Positions 14,521 to 28,780 of a DNA stretch of 64,000 nt are shown in pieces (position 1 is the first letter of the stretch; every line of letters starts with the position of its first letter). Below the pieces are notes generated by a model. That model was not told the origin of the DNA, made no database searches, and saw only the letters and a program-made list of their open reading frames with translations. The DNA comes from Owenia fusiformis. Lineage: Eukaryota. Location of the stretch: the NCBI GenBank assembly GCA_903813345.2, contig CAIIXF020000001.1, forward strand, positions 558,001 through 622,000, read 5' to 3'. A program made the translations under genes and the position numbers.

Positions 14521-17405
14521 ACTGTACCTAAATTAATAGTGTCAGTTAGTAATCTTGATCTTTGAAACACTTTTCAGTAACTTATTGTTAAAAAATGATA
14601 ACCCTCGATCTCCAATTTATTTTGATTACACATTTTTATAGTTTGCTAGATAAATATTTCAAAACGGACTTTTGCTAGCTCATGGTTTCCCCACTTTGTC
14701 TACAGAGCACACGATAATCCGTTTGCCATTGATTGCATTTTGTAAACCATGAGAATTAAGGGGCCACCGGAGAGGAATAGGTCGTACATATACTATGACC
14801 ACAATACAATTTGATCATCAATTGAATTAGCTTGTTGGCTTGTTAAAGATTAAATGTATACAATTACATTTTAGGATGACGTATAAAACAGCTGTAAGAA
14901 CATTTATTTGTATCTCATAAAGACTTTCCAATAATTTGTTATGGGGATGAATTATGAAGTATTATTGAGTCTACTGTATTATTAATTGAAAGTAATCCAT
15001 CTTTATAATGGTACATAGCGGAGTGTAATATAGCAGATCGTATAAGGACAAATCAAAGGTTGCATTTCTAAGTTCATGAAAACAATTACCCGATATGTCA
15101 CGCCTTTTTCTGTCTGCGGTATAACAAAATAGCTTTAGTCATTCACGGAAAAGTTGATTTTTTAGTTTTTTACACGAATCAAGACTTTTTTAGACTCAGA
15201 TGATTCAGCTATTGGCCATATTGAGACTCACAGAAAAACCAAAACCAAATGATTAAAGGAATTTCGAGCGATAGGAAAGCCCAAATAAATACAATGTAGT
15301 TTGATTACTTTCTTGGACGAGACCAAATGCCATTGTCATATTCATATTTTTAATCATTTTATCGTCTCTGTAGCACTGCGTGCACGCATTTTGGGAGAAC
15401 TCGAACGTAACGTGTACTATTATGACACTAGAAATTGTTCAATTTGTTCAAACGAAGACCTCAATAATAACTATTTTCCTCACACCTTCTTTCTCAATGG
15501 AGTAAATGAAGGCCTGTCAGGTGAAATAACCTCTCTATTAATTTGGAGAGTCGCCAGCATAATCTTGATAATTGAGAAGCGAATAACAAGATAAAATTGT
15601 GTACCTGTTTTTTTTGTACTTTTGTTATAACACACAGTTACTCATAATTTCGTGACATTTTCAATTTAAACAAAACATTAGATCGGTGGCTTTATTTGGA
15701 TTGATACATCCCACTTGGACATGGAAATCCAATCTATTTGTGTAAAGTTTGATCGATCGTGAAAGATACGACGCCTAAAAATACATAAATACGTGTAAAA
15801 ATCGTTATTTAGAGTAATTAAAAGGCCGCTTCAATTAAAGAATAATTAATCAATTGAGCTTCTATTGCTCGACTTTCCGGGTCGCATAATAGAGTTTGTT
15901 TATCGAAAAATATTATGTTTTCAAAGAAATGTCATGGATCACTCCCAGGAAATTATATGTAGCAGTGTACCTGTAGAGACAATGTATCGTGCTAGTATTT
16001 CTATCTACTTCACCTAATTATTTCATAAAGTCATTTCCTTTACATATCATACTTAAAAGCACCAAGCGAAGATATATTCTTTTGAGAGTCATTCAGTGTA
16101 AAAATAAAACTGGGACAACGCCAGATTGATATTTTATTCATTTATTTGAATACTTGTTATCATTACTTTTTTGTTACGTCATATCAATGTCAAAGGAAGT
16201 AACATATTCGGAGTGAAACTTACACGCTTCTTGTACATTAATAGATTTACTGAAATGTATCTTATATTGCTTTAAATGTTTGCTTCACTGACCCCACGAC
16301 TATTATCTATCTTTGCCTATATGGTTTTTTGCCAACAATATTCTACAAACAGCTTGATGAATCAATTCTATCTCTGGTAGAATACTAGAAATAAATGTAA
16401 AATGTATTTTACGTTCAGAAATATGGAATTAAACCAACGTCCTCGATTTGCAACTTAACTGTACCCTCTTTCCCTTTTAAACGAGGTCACGTGGTAGGGT
16501 AGTGTGAAAACAGTGACAGACACATGAAAAATGTGTATTCCATAACCTACGGTTCTCGGTACATAACTAGGGGGAATATATTGTGTATCTAGGGAGCGAT
16601 ATCCAAGGCCCGAACCGGGATAGATACAGTATTCATCCTGTCCTGCTTCCGAAAAGCGAATAAAGATATATTCAAACTTTTGTTAATCTTGATAACATAA
16701 CAATTCATTGTGAAAATCTCACGACGTGAAAAACTTATTTTTCAAGACTGAGTAAATGTGTACCTTAACTATGAAAGTTGATGGAGTGGACATTTGAAAG
16801 GTCGTATATTTGAATTTTTAATAGTTTTTTAAATGGTCATAATTATGTACTGTTGTGTTGCTGATACCACAATTTTTGCTGTTATGAACATTTACATTAT
16901 GAATGAAAATAGAAACCGATTGTCAAAATACATTTTGATTAAAAAGCATGATTGATTTCCTAAGTTTAACCCTTGGTGATGAAAGGGTTAATATCTAATT
17001 TTGCATTCAACCAAAATTCAAATAGAGGTTAGATTCTTAAAACTGACACTCAGCTTTCCAACAGTGTATTGGAACCTTGGTGCAGAAGAGTTACTTAATT
17101 TAGAATCACCAAGGAGAGCACTTCGAGACTCTATTTTGCTCAAGTAATAACTGTATTTGGACATATCTTTTTTTGAGTGTTCTGTAAAAGAGTGAAGAAA
17201 TGACATTGCACTATTAAATGATCTATTCTATAAAGTTATAGCATTGATAGGGATTTCATTGTGGCTTTTCTAAGCAAGGCTCATGTTTGGCCATTATTTG
17301 AAAAAAAGTCTGAGGTTTTTGAGGCCTTGCGTTTTTCGAGGTTTTTGCGGCCTATTTACAAATGTTTAATACGATAGACTATTAGTTGTTTTTACATTCT
17401 TCTTA

Positions 17406-18197
17406 CCCTACTATCACACCAAACTAGTTCTCACTACGTTCTCGAAAACGGGCTTCAACTGTGTACGAACGGACTGGACGTACTAAGAACCGTTTGGGAT
17501 CTATTTACAAACTTCATCGAACGTACTCGAACGGGTAGGTCCTCTAGAACTTAGACAATGCTCAAAATGTTCTCGTGGTCGTCACGTTCTACAATTAGAA
17601 CGAGTGACAACGTACTAACGACGAGCTGGACGTACTACGAACGGAACCGTCGTACTTCAATCCTACTAGGGACGTTTTAACAACGAGTTGAACTGTCTGA
17701 AGACGTGTTGAGAACGAGGTAGAACTCATTGCAAACGGGTTTAAACTGACACTGCTTATGAACGAGTTAGCAAAAATATAGCTATCACACCAAACAAGTT
17801 GCCACTGCGTTCTTCAAAACTGGTTCTAAACTATGTGCGAACGGTATGAACGTAGCTGCAACTTTCTAAGGTCTATTTACGAACTTTATGAACGTTCTCA
17901 GACGGGAATGTGATTTTAGAATTTTGAATCGATTCAAAATTCGATTGCGACCATACCGTTCTGTTATCAGGTCATGATGACCTTCTAGACTAAGGGACGC
18001 GTTCTACGGCGTTGCACACCGACGTGGTGCGACCTGAACGAACTGCGAACGAGGTGGACGTATTGAAGACTGTTTAAGAACGAAGAAGCTAATTATTTCA
18101 GACATATTTCCCGACCACAGCCAGATCGAGCCCGTTTTACGACGTTTTCGTAGGACTGGCAAGAACGGGTAAGAACGAGTTTGGTGTGATAGGGGGG
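17406..18197 (+). mobile_element. PIF/Harbinger-type MITE (family H1), internally dimeric
   Basis: TIR CCCTACTATCACACCAAAC / GTTTGGTGTGATAGGGGGG, TTA on both flanks; near-identical copy at 33930-34748. Confidence 0.82.
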
Positions 18198-20818
18198 TTA
18201 CTTACACTCTAAGCTTTCGAGAAACGAGCAGACTGATAATATATCAATAGAACAAAAATGTTTTGTTATTGGTATAGTAACCCATTCTGACAATGAACCC
18301 CGGGTTCGCCTGAGTGTGATAGTACATGCACTGAAAGAATGATACAGAAATCTTTATTCTGAAAATAGATCGAGACTATAGTCGTTCATTGTATATTCTT
18401 TCCCATTATAGTATCATCAAAGACATGACGTTGCTCAACATATTGCTACCCGGTTGGTCATTCTACTGGTTAACAATGCAACATTGATCCAACGCAGTTG
18501 AAAGATCACATAAGCCAAACGCTCTTAATCCATTAATATCGATCTGGAATTAATTGAAGAAAATCAATGTTACATCATAACAAATGGTTCCACCTCTTTC
18601 TGTTTCAGCACTTTGTATGTGATCAAATTCAATATTTGTTAATAAATCAATGTTTTGTTCCCCATGGACCTGAGCGAGGACCTATTTTTCCAGAGACTTA
18701 GAAACGTTGATCATAAACGATTAACAAAATACAAAGCGAATTATTGATATTGGCCAGGTGAAGTATTTAAGAAAGGATCTGTTTAAATACAGTTGAATTA
18801 ATAGTTGTTGCCCGATCTTCATCGTACTGGATTATATCTTACATGGTAAATTACCTTACATTTAATGGATATATATCTACAATCATAACGTACCTGATTA
18901 TTGCTTATGTATAAAATCTGGAGGGCATCATTACTCCCAACTTAAATCTTTAATATCCACTAAATACGGGAGTAGAATTCAAATATTGGATATCGCAGAA
19001 GTTTACTCGCAACGTATGACTAAATAGATATGCTTCTTTGGACAAAAAAGTAATAGATGATCGGGAATTCAGTTCATGCCTCAATATTTTATCTTGCACA
19101 CGTTTCAGTATTTTCCACAAGAGGGACATAAAGTATCTTCAAGCTGTTGAAGTGTTCTTATCTTCTTAGTCAGGGGTCGGTAAGTTGTAAGTATCAATTG
19201 GTTACTAAGCGCAACACTAATATTTTCAGATCTGTAGTTTCTCGCAACTATGATATTACAAATGATTATTGAAAGTTCAACTTGATATACTGAATATGTA
19301 CAGAAAGAGAAAAAGTATAATTTATTACGATTTTTTCTTCAGTGAAGTATCTTATTTCAAAATACATACCTAGAATACATGCTGTGTAGCAATTGACTAT
19401 TTGATCTTACGTTGTACTCTAGGGGCGAGGAGGGAAATTCTCAATAAATGGAGTATAGTTGGTTTGGCAGCATTTTCAGTTAGGGAAGAGTCTTTGATGA
19501 AATTTCCACCTAGGTGATAGCTTCACAGAGTGGTAGGAAGTTCTTTTTTTGAAGAGTTAGCCCCCTACCCCACAAAAACACCCCACCCCGGGGAAAAAAA
19601 TTGTTCACACTTAATAACCTTAGATATTTTGATGTTTGTAAGTGACATACATAGATATTATATATATGAATCATTTGCAGTATAATTGATGCTGATTACT
19701 CCTAAAAAAATTGAATATTAGTACAAAGTGTGTACCCCAGAGGGCAAATTCGTGACCCATTTTCTTACTATTTTGATCCTAACTTTTCAACTAGACAATG
19801 TAAGAGGTTGAAAAAATTCATGTGAAGTGCCCAATAGCAGGGTTAGTAACCCTGAAAGATGCAAAGCCATGGAAGAGGTAGGAGCTGAGAAAAAAATTGT
19901 TGATTTTTCGAAAAAAATTGACATTTTTGACAGCTGGATTTTGTGTATGACTATAGCTGACCCCTATAGTTCCTGGATCCATCCCTCTATGATGATATAT
20001 ATGGTTTTATAGTGTGGAACTAAGATGTAAAACATAATTAAGATGGGTTTTAAGGAAGTTTAAGGTTTTAAGCAAGTCCAAAATTTGAAAAATTGTAAAT
20101 ATAAGGTTTCAAATTTACGAATTCCAGGTAGAGCCATGGCAGACCCCTATAGTTTCTAGATCCATCCCTCTATGGTGATACTCATGGTATTGCTGTATGG
20201 AACTAATATGTAAAACACAATTTAGATGGGTTTTAAGGAAGTTTAAGGTTTTAAACAAGTTCAAAATTTGAAAAATTGTAAATATAAGGTTTTAAATTTA
20301 CGAATTTCAGGTATAGCCATGGCTGACCCTTATGGTTTTTACATCCATACCTCTATGATTAAATATACAGTTTTAGAGTGTGGGACTAAGATTTAACATA
20401 CCCAAAATGAATTTTAAGAAAGTTTAAGGTTTTAAACAAGTCAAAAATTTGAAGAATTGTAAATGTATGTTTTCAAATTTATGAATTTCAGGTATAGCCA
20501 AAGATGACCCTTATGGTTTTTTACATCTATACCTCAGTGATGAGATATATATTTTTAGAGTATTTTACTAAAATGTAAAAGATGCATAGGATGAGTTTGA
20601 AGGAAGTTCAAGGTTTTAAACAAGTGCAAGAAAAATTGATCCCGAAAATTGGTCTCAAATTCACGTTATTCAGGTGCCTTGAATGAGCCCTGATAATTGA
20701 AGGTTATGAGCATAATGGTAACAACTGTGATATCATGGCTTAGAGACCAGGTGTAGAATATATACCTGTTGCAGCAGTTAGTCTGCTGCATATAGATGGA
20801 GTGAAAAGTCATGAACTA

Positions 20819-21338
20819 CAGTAAAATCTTTCTAATCTGAATGCTACTAGATATAGTATTTGGACCAGCTAAAAGCGTTCAAATTAGAAGTGTTTGAATT
20901 TTGAGGTTTTTACATCTGCAATATTCTGGATTTTGAAGAAATATGAATGCATTCTCAATGAAAAATATTAATAAATATTAATAATATTTATACTGACCAT
21001 CCAAAAAGCTTAATAGCATTCCAAAATCCAATTCAAAAGTTTTGATATCATAACAATTCAGTGTTAAACTGACAATATTTGAGCAATTTTGTAAGAAATA
21101 TGTGATATTTGGTAAAAAAAAGTTCAAGTTAAACAGGTTGATTTTTCAAATATGAGTGTTCACTGTTCAAATTAAGAGGTGTTCAGATTTCAATTTTTAA
21201 ACATAGGAGTCAATGGGAGGAAGGAAAAATTGAACTGGAGAAAAGTGTTCAGATTGGTTGGTTTTCAGATAAGTCAGGTGTTGGGATGATTGGTATGTGT
21301 TCACAATAGTCAGATGTTGGGATATACAGGTTTCACTG
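20819..21338. mobile_element. Degenerate Tc1/mariner(pogo)-type MITE nested in the Academ element
   Basis: TA-CAGTAAAATC... and ...GGTTTCACTG ends; right TA not retained. Confidence 0.45.
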
Positions 21339-21659
21339 CTGATATATCATTTATACAAGATGATGAACTAGAACTACTGTACTAGGTGCATTTGATAATT
21401 TTTACCACAATGTTATACTATGTCAGGAAAAGAAAGCACCCATGACACTGTGCTTGTACAACTTGAAAATCAACAACACTTTAACATTTGATAAAGGTGT
21501 CTACCAAATGAGTAATCCACATAAATTCAAATACAAGCACTTGGCATGCTATTCCCTATGATCATTAGTTTCATTAATTTCTCTAGAATCTAAAATTGAC
21601 CTTGGGTTTATGAGAGTAGTAAATTTGAATGCAGTTATATGGAATATTGAATTGGCTGG

Positions 21660-22350
21660 AATTGGACACACCTTGCCTAGAAATGTGTGAGTAAACTATG
21701 ATCTTATATGGATACAAACAGTTCATTTGACAATGATCATCTATCTTATCCTGTAAAATCAGAACTTAAAAAGGGGTTTCAAATGGAGATCGATGAAACC
21801 ATACCACAAATTGATAAAAGTTTCATGATTGATGCAATGGCTATGACAAAGGGAAAATGAAGATTAACTTATATGTTGAAATTTGGAAAGTTTTGGAAAG
21901 CTATATTTGACTACTCCATCAAATCTAGTAAAGGAGCCCAAAGAATAGATTTCATATTAGACTCCTAGCTAGTTGTCTCCATCAGTAAAGGATTCTGAAA
22001 GAATGCGAAGAATGGATGCTTCCCCTATTGAACTTTAATCCATAGAAGAAATTACACCATTACCTAAAAATATGAATACCTTTGTCCAAGTAATATAAGA
22101 CCAACTTTCAAAGATTACAAAGAAATTCAATAAAGCAGCATTCTAAAAGTGTGCCAAATGTCAAGATTGTTTTAAGTGGAACTATTGGAGAGAACTCAAA
22201 TATCTGTGAAAATGATAACTGAAATCTCCTGTTAAATTCCACTCCTGAAGAGGCTGATTTTAAAATTATTCACTGTTTTACATTCAGCAGAACATGTGGG
22301 ACTGCAGTAATTTGCATCAAATGACACTGATATTATAATTTTGTGACTAT
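21660..22350 (+). pseudogene. Remnant of XPG/FEN-like nuclease domain of an Academ protein
   Basis: Motifs EEAD and SxDTD plus the upstream RID..D/SxKxxER.RR block, interrupted by stops and frameshifts. Confidence 0.7.
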
Positions 22351-23035
22351 CATTTCAATGAATGAAAAAGTCAGTATGTAAACATTTTCTACAATGTCTG
22401 TTTGTTTGAAACATATTGATCATATCACCATACATGTATATACTTTTTTGATCTACATGAAGATTTTAATGTGACAAGACCCTTTTACCTTTAGAGTTCC
22501 TTATATCATTGCACTAACGGAAGTTTCTAGCCCCGGGGGGGGGGGGGTATGATCCTCATAATCCTTATTTTCCCAAATAATTACTGTTGCCCGATGACAA
22601 ATTTTTTTATTGGGAGTGTAGTGATTATAATTTGATAATTCATAACAACATTTTGTATTAGGAGATGATCATTGCTTAATTACAGTATGGGCATAACAAA
22701 ATATAGAGAAAACATGTTTCTTTTAATTAACCATGTCTTTATGTATTTTGATAATGCAGAACAGTACATTGAACATGTTGATCTGAAAAAGTAAAAATGC
22801 TATATCACATAATAAATATCATCAAATAATAATCAATTAGTTATAATCCATTTAATCAATCAATTACTACACTGTATACGATATCCCTAGGAGCAGTTAC
22901 ACTTACTGGGGGATTCACATGTAACAATACATGTAACATGGATCAAACCTGACCACAATATTTTCAACATCTAATTTCTAAGCTAAGTCATACATTCAAA
23001 AAGAGGGACATCCAGGGCTATACCTGAAATCGTAA

Positions 23036-23707
23036 AGGAGGACTGAAAGTATCGCAACAGATTTCAGCAATCATATGTTGGATTTTGGCTATTTTCTGAG
23101 GATTTGAGGAGGTGCATATGTTAGGCCAATGCATTTCCTCCAGGAAAAGCACCCAAAGAGATGATAAAATAATTTCTATTTTGAGACAGAGAAGGTGCAA
23201 ACAACCCACCCACATGCATAAATATATATGTGTATATGTATAAATATATGTGTTTTTACATACAGTTAACCCCTTTAAATGAAAAATACATTCCATCAGA
23301 GATTTTAAAGATATCAAATATGGGTGACCAAAATTAAGCTGAAAGCAATGGATCACATGAGTTTTCCCTATGGGAAAATAACAGGAAAATATTGTTTTCC
23401 GCTTTATCTAAAAGAAATTTATCCTTTTAATGGTTAACTATGTCTCAAAACGCAACATATTGATGCAACAAAAATTGAAAAACCAGGGGTGAACGGGCTT
23501 GAAAATCAGGACATTTCCCAAAAAACATGTGGGTGGATTGTTTTCACCTTCGCTGTCTCAAATTCCAAACTATTTTATCATCTCTAAGAGTTCTTTTCCC
23601 GTAGGTAATGCAATGGCCTATCATATGCACCTGCTTAAATCCTCAGAAAACAGACAAAATCCAACATATGACTGTCTGAAATCTGTTGCGATACTTTCCG
23701 TGCTCCT
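23036..23707. mobile_element. MITE with ~140-bp TIRs (AGG...CCT ends, Kolobok-like) nested in an Academ subterminal repeat
   Basis: AGGAGGACTGAAAGTATCGCAACAGATTTCAG vs CTGAAATCTGTTGCGATACTTTCCGTGCTCCT; flanks rejoin into the ~180-bp repeat unit. Confidence 0.7.
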
Positions 23708-24992
23708 TTGAGACCTGATATTTCTCAATTTTTCAAATATTGCACTTGTTAAAATTCTTAAACTTCCTTTAAATTCATCTTCAGTATGTTTTACATCTTA
23801 GTCTCACACTCTAAAAGTATATGTTTCATCATAGAAGTATTGATGAAAAAGCCATAAGGGTCATCCATGGCTATACCTAAAATTCGTAAATTTGAAACCT
23901 TATATTTACAATTTTTCAAAGTTTGGACTTGTTTTAAATCATTAACTTCCTTAAAACCCATCTAAATTATGTTTTACATCTTTAGTTCCATACTACAAAA
24001 CCATAAATATCATCAAAGAGGGATGGATCTAGAAACTATAGGGGTCAGCCATGGCTATAGCTGGAATTCGTAAATTTGAAACCTTACATTTACAATTTTT
24101 CGAATTTTGGACTTGTTTAAAACCTATAACTTCCTTAAAACCCATCTAATTTATGTTTTACATCTTAGTTTCACACTATGAAAGCATAAATATCATCAAA
24201 GATGGATGGATCTAGAAACTAAAGGGGTCAGCCATGGCTCTACCTGGAATTCGTAAATTTGAAACCTTATATTTACAATTTTTCAAATTTTGGACTTGTT
24301 TAAAACCTTTAACTTCCTTAAAACCCATCTAAATTATGTTTTACATCTTTATTCCACACTATGAAACCATAAATATCATCATAGAGGGATGGATCTAGAA
24401 ACTATAGGGGTCAGCTATAGTCCTACACAAAATCCAGTTGTCAAAAATGTCAAATTTTTCGAAAAATCAACAATTTTTTTCTCAGCTCCTACTTCTTCCA
24501 TGGCTTTGCAACTTTCAGGGTTACTAACCCTGCTATTAGGCACTTCACATGAATTTTTCAACCTCTTACAGTGTCTAATTGAAAAGTTAGAATCAAAACA
24601 GTAAGAAAATGAGTCACGAATTTGCCCTCTGGGGTACACACTTTGTACTGATATTCAAATTCCTTAGGAGTAATCAGCATCAATAATACTGCAAATTATT
24701 CATATATATAATATCTATGTATGTCACTTACAAACATCAAAATATCTAAGGTTATTTAGTGTGAACAATTTTTTCCCCAGGGTTGGGTGTTTTTGGGGGG
24801 TGGGGGACTAACTCCTCAAAAAAAAGAACTTCCTACCACTCTGCGAAGCTATCACCTAGGTGGAAATTTCATCAAAGACTCTCCCCTAACTGAAAATACT
24901 GCCAAACCAACTATACACCATTTATTGAGAATTTCCCTCCTCGCCCCTTGAGTATTGAGAATGTTAACCAAAATGTACTAACAAGTACGGAG

Positions 24993-25118
24993 GCTACAAA
25001 TGCATATTTCAATGCTACAAATGCACATTTCAATGCTACAAATGCATATTTCAATGCTACAAATGCATATTTCAATGCTACAAATGCATATTTCAATGCT
25101 ACAAATGCATATTTCAAT
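24993..25118. repeat. 21-bp tandem repeat GCTACAAATGCATATTTCAAT x6
   Basis: Direct reading. Confidence 0.95.
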
Positions 25119-27220
25119 ATTTTGCATCTGACTATTGCTTTTAGAGTTTAATATTTATATTCAGCTGAATTGCAGCCAGTAGATCAATGCATATAATCAA
25201 CAGAATTAATTCAAATTCAAATTAAATAATTCCTTTGATTCAATTTAGTCAGAAAAATTTAGACTGGGTCAATAAGTTCAATTGATTTGTTTCATAACTA
25301 AGTGTTTCTAAATGACTCAAAAGATTCAAAAGATTCACTGACAATGTATCATAGAATTTACTTTTTAGACTTTTGAATGGCTTTAAAACAAATCATTAGA
25401 ATATCGTGTAGTGTTTGATTTACAATCATTATCAGCTCTGGATCGAATTCTAATTTCCTAGATTATTTTTCACTTGTAATCTGCTTATTTTAGAATTGGT
25501 TTGATCGTATTAAGAAGAATGAGCAACGTATATTAACCGTGATAAGATCATTGCTTTATTGGCGGAAGTATTTTCATTAGATGGGCCTTTTGGCTTTGCG
25601 GAGTTCTCGATGGATTTCCGATTTGTAGCATTTTGAACGACACGATCGTGTCGCAACATAATATTGTTTAAGACAGGTCATCAGTCACATCGTAATATAT
25701 AAGGATTAATTTAACTAAAATTCGTATAGGAAAAACAGAAAAACAAAGTTTATTATTTTTAATCATTTGATTATTGAACACTGTGTAACGAGGAAGCCAA
25801 ATAGTGTCACGACAGAGTGGAATGCATCACACTGTATAGGTAGTTATCAAACCGAGGTTGTATTGAACGTGAGTTTTTTGAATGGCATCTATTGATTTTC
25901 AATTAATTACAATTAATTTCAGCTAATTGACATCATTATACAGAGTCAAGTTCAAGTCAAGAAACTATATGATATCGACGTCTAAAGACGAATCTATGTC
26001 AAGTGAGAATTTATTATTGTCGCAATGTATTGCAGATATAATGCATGGGATACTGTGCAATTTCTTTGTAGATCCACAATTAATCTATATTACATTAACA
26101 CGAAGAATATGTCGAGATTTTGAATCATCAAGATTCGAAATACTTTGTAAAGCTGAGGCTTAATTTGACGGCGTTTCGTTTTAGTAGGTATGTCACGTAG
26201 CAATCTTATTTCGTTCATCATTACGAATAATTCCACAAAAAACTCTAAATATTGTAGTTATGTTGTGGCACTTAGCAAACGAAAACGCTTGTTGAATACA
26301 TTGAACACATTCATCAAAAACGAGAATGTTTGTTCAGTCTACAAGTATAGCAAAATCTTTTCGAGAACGAAAAAAACTGAAGTATCTTTTGTAAATAGCT
26401 ATTGTCAAACAGAACGCTGCAATTAGCTTAGAACTCCTGTATATAATCCATTACTGTTTACAAAACCTATCAAATATCTTTTATAAGTTGATCAGAACTA
26501 TTTATATACTCGATGGGTCATTTAGTCACTTTTTGGGGGGTATTTGTATTATACCACGTCTAATCATATATTAATATAATGATAGAATTGACAATGTGTT
26601 ATGAAATCAATGTCACACATGTTATCGAGAAAATATCCTTCATTAATAATTAACAAAAATTAAAAATTGGTTTTATCAAATGTCCCGTCCATGAGGATTA
26701 AGATGAAGAATGTTGAAAAAGAAAAAATGTTGAACACTAATCGGGTCACACGGGTAAGCAAGTCATCACAAATTGGCTCTTTGATACAAAGTGGGTAGGT
26801 TTGCAGTCGAATATTATATATTTGATTCTAATATCTTGTGTAGAATATAAAACGTTCATGTCTACCTGGATTTTGAATAAATTATAAATGAAGGACTTGC
26901 GTCAATATAAATTTGTAATACTTTCATTGTTAACGGTACAATACACAAAGCTGTATCGTACATTGAAGAATGGGTAGAATAGTACCATTTATTTTCGATT
27001 ATCATAACAAAACACGAAATCTCGTGACAAATAAAAATAATCATAATTGTTGTCAACGTTGCAACCGAAATACAAATTAAATCGATCGGTTTATAGTATG
27101 CATAATACTATAATACAGTAAATGAATCGGTCGTCGATACATTCATTTTTTGTATAATTTTAACATTGGTATTTGGTTCAGTTGTAAACGTTTTGTACAA
27201 TATTACAGTAATATTAACAA

Positions 27221-27635
27221 TTGGTTGGGCGGCATATATACTATGTGAAAGTAATGTAAAATAGTAAGATCAAGAACAATTTAATCGTGAAGGTTGGGTA
27301 TGATTTGGTTGGACATTATACAGTTTGAAGTAATGTGAAATAGTAAGATCAAGAACAATTTAATCGTTAAGGTTGGATATGATTTTTTGGTTGGGCAGTA
27401 CAGTGCCAATTATAAGTTACGCTGAATAGTAAGATCAAGAACAATACATCGTAAAGGTTGGATATGATTTAGTTGGGCATGTAATGTATTATAGTACAGT
27501 GCTAAGTAATGTTAAATAGTAACATTAAGAACAATGCATCATTAAAGTTGGATATGATTTGGTTGAGCATGTACTGTACAGTGCTAAGTGATCTTTAATA
27601 TAGTTAGATCAAGAACAATTCAGTTGGCAAGTTGA
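27221..27635. repeat. ~75-85 bp tandem repeat, ~5 copies
   Basis: Recurring aatagtaagatcaagaacaat...aaggttggatatgattt.gttgggc. Confidence 0.85.
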
Positions 27636-27752
27636 GCATTTACTCATTTACTTTCCTACCACCCTACAATATTTCATAACCATCAGCCTATAGTCACAAT
27701 TTTACATCACTTTGTACAACATGCCTCAGGCTTTAGTCTACTTTGGCATTAA

Positions 27753-28624
27753 TGCCTTGGTCACTGCATAGGCTCCGATTTTCACTACGGCGAAATCTTT
27801 ACAAGAACAGACAAAAGAAAGATGCAGAAATAGGGAATTATGCTAATAGTATCGGATGGACAGGTAGACATAGTATTTGTTTATATGAAAGGGTGCACTT
27901 TGATGAATAGACCACGTGCAGTATGGCAAGTGATTTTAGACGGTCATATCTTTCACCATGAGTACTTCCTTGGCATGAATACAGTGTTTTTATTAAAACA
28001 ATATGTTTTCTTTCAATTGAAGTACCCATGATGATAAAAATATCATTCAAACAATTCGAAAAATTGTGAATAGGGACCCCATGTCAACATTTTTCTTAAA
28101 ATATTGAACCTATTTACTCAAGAGAGGATCTTTTTTTCTCATTTTATTGCATGAAAACATTGTTATCCTGGAAGTTCTGTCTATCAAAGTATTTCGTTTT
28201 CAAATGTTACATTCACGCCATGTGAACAGTCATACTGGGTCATACAGGAATTTAGTATAAATCTAGAGGCCTGCGATCGACCGATGTCCTGGCGGGTGCC
28301 TACGGCCATCGGCAGATAGCCTTGTGATACCCGTGCGATGTCTTTCAGATTCAATTGATTGCGGGCGCCGTACGATGCCTGTACTAATGTGACCATACTC
28401 ACGATTAGATCAAGACATCGGTGAAAAGTCACCGGCGCCCAGTCGATTTATGCCTTGATCACATTTGCTCCGATTTTCACTACGGCGCCTGGCCGATTGA
28501 GTATTTTGTTCAAAATTGAATACATTATTGAGCAAAGCACTCAATCGGCCTGGCGCCGGCCGATGGATCGGAGCAAATGTGACCCAGGCATTAGAAATCG
28601 GCCGGCGCCTATGTGACCTAGGCA
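27753..28624. mobile_element. PIF/Harbinger-type MITE (second family)
   Basis: TGCCTTGGTCAC...ATAGGC vs GCCTATGTGACCTAGGCA, TAA on both flanks; GC-rich internal repeats. Confidence 0.65.
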
Positions 28625-28649
28625 TAACGCGCCATGGTCAAACCTGCAC

Positions 28650-28780
28650 AGTTTTCAATGGTCCGAATGCATTCCTCAGTAGGTATGGCCTGAATGAGAC
28701 AGATGATCTCACTTTTGAGGTCTGAAATTGTCCTGAAGTCATTCTCATACACTCTATATTTGCCGTATCCCAACGGGTAG
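28650..28780 (-). pseudogene. IS630-Tc1-mariner transposase C-terminal fragment
   Basis: LGYGKYRVYENDFRTISDLKSEIICLIQAIPTEECIRTIEN matches the WG.LK..VY...TI..LK..I...I..IP...C...IEN tail of these transposases. Confidence 0.6.

Larger units (their letters stand above)
19415..24954 (+). mobile_element. Decayed Academ (AcademX-like) DNA transposon with ~1.2 kb TIRs containing ~180-bp subterminal tandem repeats
   Basis: Termini TACTCTAGGGGCGAGG...CCTCGCCCCTTGAGTA (YR..YR), 3-bp TSD TTG; broken internal frames with IDAMA, RIDFILDS, KDSERMRR, PEEADFKI and SNDTDII (XPG/PIN-like motifs). Confidence 0.8.

Noticed and set aside
19827-24639. Mirror-image ORFs 19827-20012, 24389-24604 and 24415-24639
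   Set aside because: Chance frames within the TIR arms.
19415-24954. Tc1/mariner reading of the large TIR element (TA as TSD)
   Set aside because: TTG duplication outside the TA and the XPG-like motifs fit Academ better.
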